Source: Marispirochaeta sp.
Lineage (GTDB): Bacteria; Spirochaetota; Spirochaetia; JC444; Marispirochaetaceae
Assembly (NCBI GenBank): GCA_963676835.2
Contig: CAXXFF010000004.1
Location: 416,001 to 480,000, forward strand
Reading direction: 5' to 3'
DNA length: 64,000 bases
Part shown: in pieces, positions 51,801 to 60,712 of the stretch
How the letters are laid out: every line of letters starts with the position of its first letter
Position numbering within the stretch: the stretch's first letter is position 1
Notes under the pieces: model-generated
The model's database searches: none
What the model saw: the letters and a program-made list of their open reading frames with translations, nothing else
What the model was told of the DNA's origin: nothing
Position numbers and translations under genes: made by a program

Positions 51801-53522
51801 TCAGATGCTCAGCCAGAGAACCTGATAGGGAGCAAGCCTGATGCTGCCATCTTCGGCAGCAACCCTGCTTCCGCCAACAAGATCATCAGCCGCATCTCCG
51901 ATACCGGATGCGGGATCTACCTTCCACAGAGAAGGTGAATCGCTGACATTCACCAGACAGATAATCCTGCCCGGCTTACCTTCAGCCCCCCGGGATACCG
52001 CAAAAACAGGTCCGTCCGCCTCGAGTATTCCGAAGGGAGAGGAGGGATCAAATGCCTTCAGCCCCCGTCGAATGGTCAGCAGCCTGGTATAATAACTGAA
52101 AATACGGCTTCGCAGGCTTCCTTTGTGGTCGAGTTCGGCACTGACTGTTTCAAGGTCAAGCTTCTGCCGGTTGATGGTGCGGTTCATGCCGGTAAGCTCC
52201 ATCCCCTCCGTCCAGTTTCCCGAGCCGATCAGGCTGTGTACATAAATCCCCGGAACTCCCGGCATAGCCAGGAGAATAGACTGGCTGGCTATAAACTTCT
52301 CAGCCTTCATTTCCGGATCATCCACATCTCCGGCAACGGCATCGCAGTAGTTTATATTCATTTCGTAGGGGATTTTTCCCGTGGCGGTTGCTTTGTAGGA
52401 GACCCGCCCTCCCCGCTCCTCAACGCTTGAAAGAAGCCCGGCAAGCTCATCGTCACTCAAAATACCATGGGCGGGAGTTACTCCCACACCGTCGTGGGAG
52501 GCCATAAAATTGAAATAGGTGGTTTTTCCGTCCACCGGAGGCAGGGTTGCCGCCCAGTCCCGCAGATGCCCCGCATCCTGACGCAGAAAAGCGTCAAGGG
52601 TAAGAGGAGGCAGGCTGAACTGATAAATCATCTGAGCCTCATCCTCACCATTTCCGAAGTAGGAGATATTCTCCTTATGGGGAACATTGGTCTCCGTAAG
52701 AATCAGAACCCAGGGTACATACTGCTTCACCACTTCCCTGAAAAGCTTTACCACCGCGTGGGTTTTCGGATGATGCAGACAGGAGTGCCCAATCTCCTTC
52801 CAGAGATAGGCTATGGCATCAAGCCTGATAATCTGCACCCCCATTTCAACATGGAAAAGGAAAACATCCACCATCTCGATAAGCACCTGGGGGTTGCCGA
52901 AATTCAGATCAACCTGATCTGCCGAAAAGGTTGTCCAGACATGCCGAACCCCGGCATCAGTCTCAAAAGGGGTCAGCAGGGGCAAGGCCCGGGGACGGAC
53001 AACCATGGAAAGATCCGTTTCCGGATCTTCGGTTATAAAAAAGTCCCGGTACTCCTCTTCGTCCCGCAGAAATGCCTGAAACCATTCATGGGAGGCAGAG
53101 CAGTGATTTAATACCAGATCCGACATCAGCCGGAAGGATGCACCGATGGAAGAAATCTCCGGCCAGTCTCCCCAGCCGTCATGGACAGCCTTGTAGTCGG
53201 ATATGGAGAACCCGTCATCCGAAGTGTAGGGAAAAAAGGGCAGTATATGTATACCCGACATACAGCCGGCGAGCCGCTTCTGCGCAAACTCCTCAAGACA
53301 CTGCAGAGAGGGACGCAGCTGATCCTGAAACTGATCTCCATAGGTGATCATGAATGCATCTTTCTGATCCAGCGGCAGAGATCCCTTAACCCGGCTTGCA
53401 GGAGGATGAATCCCGGCCACCCTGGCTTCAATCCGGGAAACCAGCCTGGACAATAACGAATCCGCATCATCCTTACCGTAGATAAACCCCAGCAATTCCT
53501 TCAGATAGTCAGTTTTCGCCAT
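51801..53522 (-). CDS. GH13_18 phosphorylase, probably glucosylglycerate phosphorylase (YcjM-like)
   Basis: ITYGD, HILPFFP..DDGF, RLDAIAYLWK, TETNVPH, SHDGVG and PYEMN motifs. Confidence 0.85.
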   Translation of the reverse strand: MAKTDYLKELLGFIYGKDDADSLLSRLVSRIEARVAGIHPPASRVKGSLPLDQKDAFMITYGDQFQDQLRPSLQCLEEFAQKRLAGCMSGIHILPFFPYTSDDGFSISDYKAVHDGWGDWPEISSIGASFRLMSDLVLNHCSASHEWFQAFLRDEEEYRDFFITEDPETDLSMVVRPRALPLLTPFETDAGVRHVWTTFSADQVDLNFGNPQVLIEMVDVFLFHVEMGVQIIRLDAIAYLWKEIGHSCLHHPKTHAVVKLFREVVKQYVPWVLILTETNVPHKENISYFGNGEDEAQMIYQFSLPPLTLDAFLRQDAGHLRDWAATLPPVDGKTTYFNFMASHDGVGVTPAHGILSDDELAGLLSSVEERGGRVSYKATATGKIPYEMNINYCDAVAGDVDDPEMKAEKFIASQSILLAMPGVPGIYVHSLIGSGNWTEGMELTGMNRTINRQKLDLETVSAELDHKGSLRSRIFSYYTRLLTIRRGLKAFDPSSPFGILEADGPVFAVSRGAEGKPGRIICLVNVSDSPSLWKVDPASGIGDAADDLVGGSRVAAEDGSIRLAPYQVLWLSI

Positions 53523-53575
53523 TCCGGTTCCTCCTCTTACCTATTACAGTAGGGGCCAAACCCCCATTTTGCAAG

Positions 53576-53659
53576 TCTTTATAAAAAATCGGATTCGGCC
53601 ACTTCGACTTTGCTCAGTGAAAGTACGCTCAACCACCGCTCTGTACATCTTTATAAAAA
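53576..53659. repeat. 12-bp direct repeat flanking a REP-like remnant
   Basis: TCTTTATAAAAA at 53576-87 and 53648-59, with CTTCGACTTTGCTCAG..CGCTCAACCACCG between them. Confidence 0.45.
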
Positions 53660-53712
53660 TTCATGTTCACAGTAGTATCAACTGACATGTGCAGCATAGT
53701 GCGGAGTAAATC

Positions 53713-55293
53713 ATGATTCAGGCCGTAACAATCTTTCATTATCATCTCCTTCCCGGAGGGGTTACCAGTGTAATCACTCTTGCCTGTGAGGCCCTGGCCC
53801 GGCATATGCCGCAGCTGAAGAAAATTACTCTATCTGCCGGAACCGGGGAGAATCTAGCCGAAACAGCAGAGGCCATCAGAAACCGCATAAAGGATTACCC
53901 CCTGCAGCTGGAAACCGCGGTGCTTCCGGAAATCGGCTATGTTAGCGGCATGCCTTCAGCCCCTTCGGTAAAGACAATAAAGCGGCATCTGCTCAGGTTT
54001 TCCGGCAGCCTCTGGTGGATACACAACTACCACCTGGGCAAGAATCCGCAGTTTACCCAGGCTCTTCTGGAGCTCATCGAAGAGAAACCTGAACAGCAGA
54101 TACTCTTCCATATTCATGACTTTCCCGAATGTGCCCGCTATGAAAACCTTCTTCGTCTGAAAAGCAACCTCACAAAAAATCCCTACCCCCGGGGAAAGAA
54201 TGTACGCTATGCCCTGATCAACCGGAGAGACCTGAATCTGATGAAACAGTCGGGGGTTCCGGAGAATTATCTGTTCCTGCTCAATAATCCGGTAAGAAAA
54301 AGCACTGCCGCGGCAGTTGTTGATCCCCCGGATACCGCCAGAATACGCCGAACCCTCGCCCGGAATTTTTCCGACCGGGGAAACTATCTCCCGGAGGGGC
54401 TGCATCTGTTTTATCCGGTTCGAACAATCCGCCGTAAAAATATCCTGGAGACGGGAGTCTGGGCGCGACTAGCTGCTGCCTACAGGAGTGAACCGGTAAA
54501 TCTGATTGTCACACTTCCGGGGGTCTCCGCAGCAGAGAAGCATTACTCTGCCGCCGTAGAAGCTGCGTTCAAAGATGGACTAATCCCCGGTCTGTGGGGC
54601 ATCGGGCGCCACCTTGAATCCGCAGGTGTTTCATTTACCGATCTGGGACGCTCCTGCGACATAATGACAGCAAGCTCCGTTCAGGAAGGTTTCGGCTATA
54701 TCTTTGTGGAGGCACTGCAGTGGGGACTGCCTCTCTTCGCCAGGGATCTGGATATACTTGAAGGAATACGGCACCTTTTTGATCCGAAATCCAGCCGGTT
54801 TTATTCCGAACTGAAAATACCCGCCAGTCCGGCCCGGGTGGAAAAGCTGCGGATCCAGTACCGGCAGAAACTGGAACGGACCGCGGATCACCTGCCCGGG
54901 GAAGCGGCAGAAAAACTGAAAGAAGAAATTGAACAGACAGGAAGAGATGAGTACCTGGACTTTTCCCTGCTGAGTGTTCCGGAACAGATAGAAACACTGA
55001 AACTGCTGGACAGCCCGGTCTTCCTGGAAGAAACATTGCTGCTGAACAAGCAAAACCTTACAGGGTTTAATGATATTCTACATAACAGCCCGGATTCAGC
55101 CATGGTAAACACTGCGGAAGAACTGTTCAGCTTCAGCAACTTTGCTGAAAAAACCGGAGAAATATTTCTCTCCTATCAGGATGGGGAGAGAAGGGAACAG
55201 AAAACTGAAACCAGCCCCCGGACAAGCCTGGTGGAAGCATTTGCCCGGCTGAAATTCATGCTTCTGCTGTATGACTACAACGGGGAAAGCTGA
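53713..55293 (+). CDS. GT-B (GT4-like) glycosyltransferase, uncharacterised
   Basis: HYHLLPGGVTSVI, HIHDFPE, YPVRTIRRKN and SVQEGFG..FVE motifs. Confidence 0.75.
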   Translation: MIQAVTIFHYHLLPGGVTSVITLACEALARHMPQLKKITLSAGTGENLAETAEAIRNRIKDYPLQLETAVLPEIGYVSGMPSAPSVKTIKRHLLRFSGSLWWIHNYHLGKNPQFTQALLELIEEKPEQQILFHIHDFPECARYENLLRLKSNLTKNPYPRGKNVRYALINRRDLNLMKQSGVPENYLFLLNNPVRKSTAAAVVDPPDTARIRRTLARNFSDRGNYLPEGLHLFYPVRTIRRKNILETGVWARLAAAYRSEPVNLIVTLPGVSAAEKHYSAAVEAAFKDGLIPGLWGIGRHLESAGVSFTDLGRSCDIMTASSVQEGFGYIFVEALQWGLPLFARDLDILEGIRHLFDPKSSRFYSELKIPASPARVEKLRIQYRQKLERTADHLPGEAAEKLKEEIEQTGRDEYLDFSLLSVPEQIETLKLLDSPVFLEETLLLNKQNLTGFNDILHNSPDSAMVNTAEELFSFSNFAEKTGEIFLSYQDGERREQKTETSPRTSLVEAFARLKFMLLLYDYNGES

Positions 55294-55298
55294 TTCTG

Positions 55299-56192
55299 CT
55301 AAGGATAGAGATCAGTTAAAAGTTCCTTCAGATTCCTCACCCCTTCAGAGAGCATCGGCCTGGGAGAAAAAACAAAGGCTCCCTGCCGCGGCGGCGGACT
55401 CTCCCCGGAAAGCTTCAGTACTGCAACAGCTTCACTGCTATCCGCTTCCAGCACCGTTGCCGGAAGAAAGCCCACTCCAAGGCCGGCAGCGGCAAAGCGG
55501 CGTATTCCTTCGGGATTTGAAGAGATATAAACCGGCGACCAGTCCGCCGGCGGCGAAAGCCAGTTATTCAAAATCTGACCGGCGGTGCTTTGCGCCGGGG
55601 GCACAGCCAGGGGCTCATTCAGCAGTTCAAGAGATCCCGGAGGCTTTCCCTTCAGCAGGGGCGATGCGGGTGCCGTTACAAATACGTCTTCAATATCCAT
55701 AAGAGGAATAACCCCAAGCTCCCCGGTGTCCGCAGGCAGAGTTATAAACCCCGCTTCCAGACTGCCGGAGCGGACCTGATCAACCACCGCACCGGATTCC
55801 AGAGTCCGGCACTGCAGCTGAAAATCGGGGTAACGCTCTCTGAAGCTGCGAAAAAGAGATGTGAGATAATAACTGCCCAGGTCTTCCGGCGCTGCCACGA
55901 GGAGATTCCCGGCGGATTTTTCAAGGAGTCCGTACACGGCGCGTTCACCAAGCTTGAGAAGTCGGTAGGATTCGCGCACGTAGGAGTAGAGCTCCCTCCC
56001 AGTTTCTGTAAGCTCTACTCCCCGTGAACGTCGTCTGAAAAGCCGCACTCCGAATGCCTGCTCCAGATTGCGGATGCTTTGACTCACCGCCGGCTGGCTT
56101 ACGGACATATCCGTCGCCGCTCCTGAAACACTTCCCCGAAGAGCTACCTCGTAGAACACCTTATACCATTCAAAATCGATTGATCTTCTCAT
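55299..56192 (-). CDS. LysR family regulator
   Basis: GSVSGAA..SQPAVSQSIRNLE..LFRR...GVELT helix-turn-helix. Confidence 0.93.
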   Translation of the reverse strand: MRRSIDFEWYKVFYEVALRGSVSGAATDMSVSQPAVSQSIRNLEQAFGVRLFRRRSRGVELTETGRELYSYVRESYRLLKLGERAVYGLLEKSAGNLLVAAPEDLGSYYLTSLFRSFRERYPDFQLQCRTLESGAVVDQVRSGSLEAGFITLPADTGELGVIPLMDIEDVFVTAPASPLLKGKPPGSLELLNEPLAVPPAQSTAGQILNNWLSPPADWSPVYISSNPEGIRRFAAAGLGVGFLPATVLEADSSEAVAVLKLSGESPPPRQGAFVFSPRPMLSEGVRNLKELLTDLYP

Positions 56193-56246
56193 TGATATAA
56201 GTAATTTCTATAACATCATTATAAACATAAGTTTTAATTATATCAA
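56192..56246. promoter_or_regulatory. Probable LysR operator / divergent promoter region
   Basis: AT-rich, with a TTGATATAA...TTATATCAA inverted repeat and ATAA-type half-sites abutting the LysR start. Confidence 0.5.
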
Positions 56247-56332
56247 GTATAATTTTTTCTTATATGAGACATTTTTCCACTCAGGTCAGATACTTTTAAG
56301 GGAAGAGCCCCTTGTGATACAGTCGAAGCAGA

Positions 56333-56764
56333 ATGAGTAACAGGAAGGATAAACGGGTTCTGGTTTTCGGGACATTCGATCTGCTCCACGAAGGCCATCG
56401 ATACTTTCTCAATGAGGCGCGCCGCTTCGGAAACACCCTGATCGCAGTAATAGCCAGGGACGACTTTGTTTTGCGCAGAAAAGGGCATCTCCCTTCTGCT
56501 CCGATCGATGAGAGGACAACTGTTTTAAAGGAAGCAGGTCTTGTGGATGAGATTTTTCCGGCGGATGAGACCATCGGCAGCTATCATATTCTGCGAACCG
56601 CCCTTCCGGACGTTATCTGCCTTGGGTATGATCAGAAAGAGTTGAAATCAAACCTGGAAGCCTGGCTGGAGGAGCACCATAAACCTCTGGAGATCCATGT
56701 GCTTCCTCCATTCAGGGAAGATGTGTATAAAACAACCCTGCTGCGCCGGAAAAACAGTCAGTAG
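56333..56764 (+). CDS. Cytidylyltransferase-family nucleotidyltransferase, RibL (FAD synthase)-like
   Basis: FGTFDLLHEGH, VIARD and DVICLGYDQ motifs. Confidence 0.8.
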   Translation: MSNRKDKRVLVFGTFDLLHEGHRYFLNEARRFGNTLIAVIARDDFVLRRKGHLPSAPIDERTTVLKEAGLVDEIFPADETIGSYHILRTALPDVICLGYDQKELKSNLEAWLEEHHKPLEIHVLPPFREDVYKTTLLRRKNSQ

Positions 56765-56820
56765 TTCCGGCGTTTACACAGGGCTGCCTTTACTCAGAGA
56801 AAACAGAGCAAATTGAAGAA

Positions 56821-58371
56821 CTACTCCAGACCGAAGATCAGGCTGTATTCAACCCCGGACTGCACGGACTCTTCGTACTGCCCCACTTCCAGCCAGTAGG
56901 TACCGGGAGCAAGATAACGGCTGATTCTTCCGTTATAATCCTCGCCGTCATCATCACTCTCCTCGATAATGTCAGACTCATCATGCAAACGGATAATGGT
57001 ATCCGCCGAACCTTCCGTTGCCAGGACTACCGTTGCCGCTGCATTAAGGGTAAAAGTATACCAGTCCATGTCTCCCGGACCGGTAAAGCTATGTACCTCA
57101 CGGCCTTCTTCCCCGGTCAGGGTAATAGAATGGGCTTCATCCATACTGTTGTCCGGTTCGTATTCATCCAGAACCGGCGCCGTCATGGATGCTGTAAGAG
57201 AATATTCTCCAATACCGCTGTTCTCGTACTCTTTAACGCAGAGATAATAGGTTTCGCCAGCAGAAACAGGCCCGTAGAAGATCCTGGCCTGAATATCACC
57301 GCTTCCGTCGTCATCCGACAAAAGGAGCTCCCCGTCTTCATCGTAAAGGTCCATATAGGTATCGAGGGATCCTCCGGCAAGAACATCAAGAAAATCACCT
57401 GCTGCTGCACCAGAGGGAATGGAAACCCGGTACCAGTCCTGATCGCCGGAGGGGAATATCCTCGCACTCAGAGCAACCGGGGAAACCTGCAGAACCGTAG
57501 CATCTTCCTTCCGGTTATTCGGCTCCATGCCATCGTCTTCAAACTCTTCCAGAGTGGAAACCAGTGTATAGGGGCCGCTTACATCACTGTCATACCCCCG
57601 TACTGCAACAATAAGGGTCTGACCAGGCTGAATGTCGAGAAAAACACGGGCATTTTCACCTACATCATCATCGTTCTCCATATAGGCATAATCCGGCTCA
57701 TCTGCATGATAAACCTCGATATAGGTATCGAGGCTGCTTTCGGTTCCCACAGAAAGAACACCCGCCCGGGCATCACTCGCCAGGGTGAAGCTGAACCAGT
57801 CGGTATCGTTATCCCCGGAGATTGTTCTATCGGAAACGGAACTGCCCGGCTGGACAACCTGGGGTGCCGTAAATGAATCGGGCTCGTAATAATCACCGTC
57901 ACTGTCTGACATCCTTGAAACAGCAAGGAGATCGGCCATAGATGGGCTGTTGGGAATGCGCAGTTCTTTTCCGCCCGCCAGTTCTCCGGCTGCATTGTGA
58001 ATGGAGAAAAAGAGCTGCAGGTTATCTCCTATGGGAAAGATCTGGCCTGAAAGCAGATAGTCTCCGGGCCCCCGGGTTGCAATAGATATACTATGCCCCC
58101 TCTTTGACGCAAGCCGTATGGGCAGGGCTGCGGCTATATACTCACCAAGAACAACGCTGCTTCCGTTATAGGTAATATCGCCGATACGGAGATCTGCAGC
58201 AGGGCTGTCTCCGCCCAGCTCCTTGACAATCAGCCCGGCAAGCTCATCCACCATCCAGGTTAGAGCCTCGCCGGTTTTATCCGTTCCGGAAGCCCCCGCT
58301 GACTGGGCACTCACCTGAAAGAGTGCCGAAAACAGAAGAAGGACTACTATAAAATTAGTTAAATACTTCAT
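56821..58371 (-). CDS. Exported protein with three PPC-like acidic beta-domains
   Basis: Signal peptide, then three repeats of D.YEPD/N..D.DW(F/Y)..DT....DDD. ATG at 58371 follows GAGGT. Confidence 0.8.
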   Translation of the reverse strand: MKYLTNFIVVLLLFSALFQVSAQSAGASGTDKTGEALTWMVDELAGLIVKELGGDSPAADLRIGDITYNGSSVVLGEYIAAALPIRLASKRGHSISIATRGPGDYLLSGQIFPIGDNLQLFFSIHNAAGELAGGKELRIPNSPSMADLLAVSRMSDSDGDYYEPDSFTAPQVVQPGSSVSDRTISGDNDTDWFSFTLASDARAGVLSVGTESSLDTYIEVYHADEPDYAYMENDDDVGENARVFLDIQPGQTLIVAVRGYDSDVSGPYTLVSTLEEFEDDGMEPNNRKEDATVLQVSPVALSARIFPSGDQDWYRVSIPSGAAAGDFLDVLAGGSLDTYMDLYDEDGELLLSDDDGSGDIQARIFYGPVSAGETYYLCVKEYENSGIGEYSLTASMTAPVLDEYEPDNSMDEAHSITLTGEEGREVHSFTGPGDMDWYTFTLNAAATVVLATEGSADTIIRLHDESDIIEESDDDGEDYNGRISRYLAPGTYWLEVGQYEESVQSGVEYSLIFGLE

Positions 58372-58525
58372 TTGTACCTCATGCAAAAATTATCACTGTC
58401 AGTGTATCACGTTGAAAAAGCTTTTTCACCGGTTCCGCTCTCCTTACCTGGACAGAGTGCAGGCCACCTCTAAAAACTACTCTTTTCTCCATATTCTGCG
58501 TCGTCAAGATTTCCCGCGGTCCTCT

Positions 58526-58552
58526 CCTGCACCAAAACAATTTTGGTGCAGG
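58526..58552. promoter_or_regulatory. Perfect 12-bp inverted repeat in a divergent intergenic region
   Basis: CCTGCACCAAAA-caa-TTTTGGTGCAGG. Confidence 0.4.
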
Positions 58553-58662
58553 GTGCGGGCGCTATAAAATCTCTCCTCCTGGGCTATGGCAAAAATACTA
58601 GGTGCTTAGAAGTGTCTTGAAGATATTTATCTTACTGCAGATTTTAACTATACTCCCGGGCA

Positions 58663-59610
58663 ATGAAACAGCAATTTATTATCGGCCTGCTTGTATGCGG
58701 AGCTATCGTTGCGGCAGCCCTCGGGCTGGCAGAACTTCTGCCGGCGGTAGGTTCAGTTACCCTTGCCATTATACTGGGTATTTTTGTGGGAAACCTTACC
58801 GACTTCGGGGTTAGAGGCAAAACCGGAATCGCCTTCTGCGAAAAGAGGCTTTTGAATATTGCAATTGCCCTTATGGGATTTGAACTCTCCGTAAAGGCTG
58901 CCGCAGGTCTCGGTCTGCAGGCTATTCCGGTAATTCTCGGCGTAATAGTGTTTTCAATTTTCGCAGGAGTTCTTGCTGCCCGCTTTCTGCCGGTGCCGGG
59001 AAAACTGGGACTGCTTTTAGGTATTGGAAACGGGGTCTGCGGATCAGCTGCTATTGCAGCTTCTGCGCCTCTGATTGATGCAGATACAGATGATGTCGGG
59101 ATCTCCGTGGGAGTGGTAAATCTGCTCGGCGCCTTCGGAATATTCCTTCTTCCCATGCTTGCAGGAATACTGAAACTGAAAGACCCCCAGACGGGCCTTC
59201 TTATCGGTGGAACCATTCAGGCCGTGGGACAGACAGTGGCGACCGGGCTGCGCATGGGTGATCATATTGCGGGTCTGGCAATTGTAGTAAAAATGGGACG
59301 GGTTCTCCTTCTGGGAGTGGTACTTATAGCCTTGAGTCTGGTTTTCCGGAAGAAAAATGCCAAAGGCTTTCCGGTGCCGCCTTTTATCCTTGCCTTTCTG
59401 GCCTGCGCCCTGGCGGTCAACCTGCTTCCTATTCCCGAGTCGGTTCTCAGTTGGATAAATCTGGTGAAAAAGATTTTCCTCATGTGCGCCATGGCAGGAA
59501 TAGGCATGGGAATAAAGCTTAAGACACTCCGCACCCACGGAGCAGCAGCGCTGCTAGTTGGAAGTGCAATTTTTGCTGTGAATATTGCCTACGTTCTGCT
59601 GGTTATTTAG
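58663..59610 (+). CDS. YeiH/PSE family putative sulfate exporter
   Basis: GNGVCGSAAIAA, GGTIQAVGQ, VVKMGRV and AMAGIG motifs. Confidence 0.9.
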   Translation: MKQQFIIGLLVCGAIVAAALGLAELLPAVGSVTLAIILGIFVGNLTDFGVRGKTGIAFCEKRLLNIAIALMGFELSVKAAAGLGLQAIPVILGVIVFSIFAGVLAARFLPVPGKLGLLLGIGNGVCGSAAIAASAPLIDADTDDVGISVGVVNLLGAFGIFLLPMLAGILKLKDPQTGLLIGGTIQAVGQTVATGLRMGDHIAGLAIVVKMGRVLLLGVVLIALSLVFRKKNAKGFPVPPFILAFLACALAVNLLPIPESVLSWINLVKKIFLMCAMAGIGMGIKLKTLRTHGAAALLVGSAIFAVNIAYVLLVI

Positions 59611-59648
59611 AGACTGATTGTAGAATTATCTTCCAGAGTAAATAATCC

Positions 59649-60620
59649 CTATGATTTGGGGTATCTCTCATTCAATGATGAGTATAGATTTTCCAGGGCA
59701 GTTCCGCCCTGGTAAAGGGCAACATTTCCCTCAGGCCAGGAATGTCCTTCAATATTATAACCATCATCAGGAAAGATAAGATTTCCATTTAAATGGCGCT
59801 GTTCCACGCACATTGCCAGAAGAGTTTCAGCGATACCTTCTGCTGAAGCAAAACGCTTGGTTGGAGTATGCGCAAGGATGCTCTTTGCCCGGGGCTTTGG
59901 TTCTCCGTTGGGTGTAAAACTCAATGATCTATTAAGGTCAGTAACAACTGTGCCGGGAGCGATCCCATTCACACGTATACCAAATGGGGCTAATTGAGCT
60001 GCTGCTGTTTGCACAAGCCCTTCAACACCATGCTTACTTGCATTATAGCCATAACTGCCATACAGCGAATGCCTACTGGCACTGCTGCATAAGTGTATGA
60101 TATGACCTTTACGCTTAGGGACCATATTTCGAGCCATAGCGAGAGTAAAATTAAAAGCACCTGTCAAATTCAGCTCTATAACTCTTTTAAAAGCTTCAGA
60201 AAGCTGAACCGGGTCTTCCAGGACGAGATCAAACTCCGGGTGATGCACTCCTGCAAAATTCACCGCCACATCGATACTTTCCAATCTCTCAAATATCGCC
60301 CTGGAAGCTTCCAGTGTATCTTCAATGCTGCGAACATCTGATGCGATAGCAAGAGAAAGAGCTTCTTCGTCTATAGAATTAAGGTTTCCCACAATCGTTT
60401 TAAAGCGTTCCATACGCTGTGCTCCGAGAATTTCATCACTGGGAATAAAGTCAACAATAGCCAATTCTGCGCCACATAGGGCAGCGGAGTATAGAAACAT
60501 CTCTGCCAGGGCACCTATGCCGCCAAAGGCAGCAATTTTTTTTCCCTTCAAGTCTATTTGCGGGGTGAAGTCGTAATTAAAATCTCTGCTTTTCAAGTTC
60601 TCAAATTCTATAATTCGCAT
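59649..60620 (-). CDS. SDR family oxidoreductase
   Basis: NFAG, NLTG, YNASK and IRVNGIAPG motifs. Confidence 0.88.
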   Translation of the reverse strand: MRIIEFENLKSRDFNYDFTPQIDLKGKKIAAFGGIGALAEMFLYSAALCGAELAIVDFIPSDEILGAQRMERFKTIVGNLNSIDEEALSLAIASDVRSIEDTLEASRAIFERLESIDVAVNFAGVHHPEFDLVLEDPVQLSEAFKRVIELNLTGAFNFTLAMARNMVPKRKGHIIHLCSSASRHSLYGSYGYNASKHGVEGLVQTAAAQLAPFGIRVNGIAPGTVVTDLNRSLSFTPNGEPKPRAKSILAHTPTKRFASAEGIAETLLAMCVEQRHLNGNLIFPDDGYNIEGHSWPEGNVALYQGGTALENLYSSLNERYPKS

Positions 60621-60712
60621 ATAACCTCTTTATCTACCAATGTTCTTAGCTCCCGAAGTGATCCCACTGTAGGTTGATCTTCTTTATAGAACTACCCCCC
60701 ACATCAATAGAT

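Noticed and set aside
58585..58610. Possible sigma54 promoter near the NtrC-like palindrome
   Set aside because: The GG-N10-GC spacing is not satisfied.
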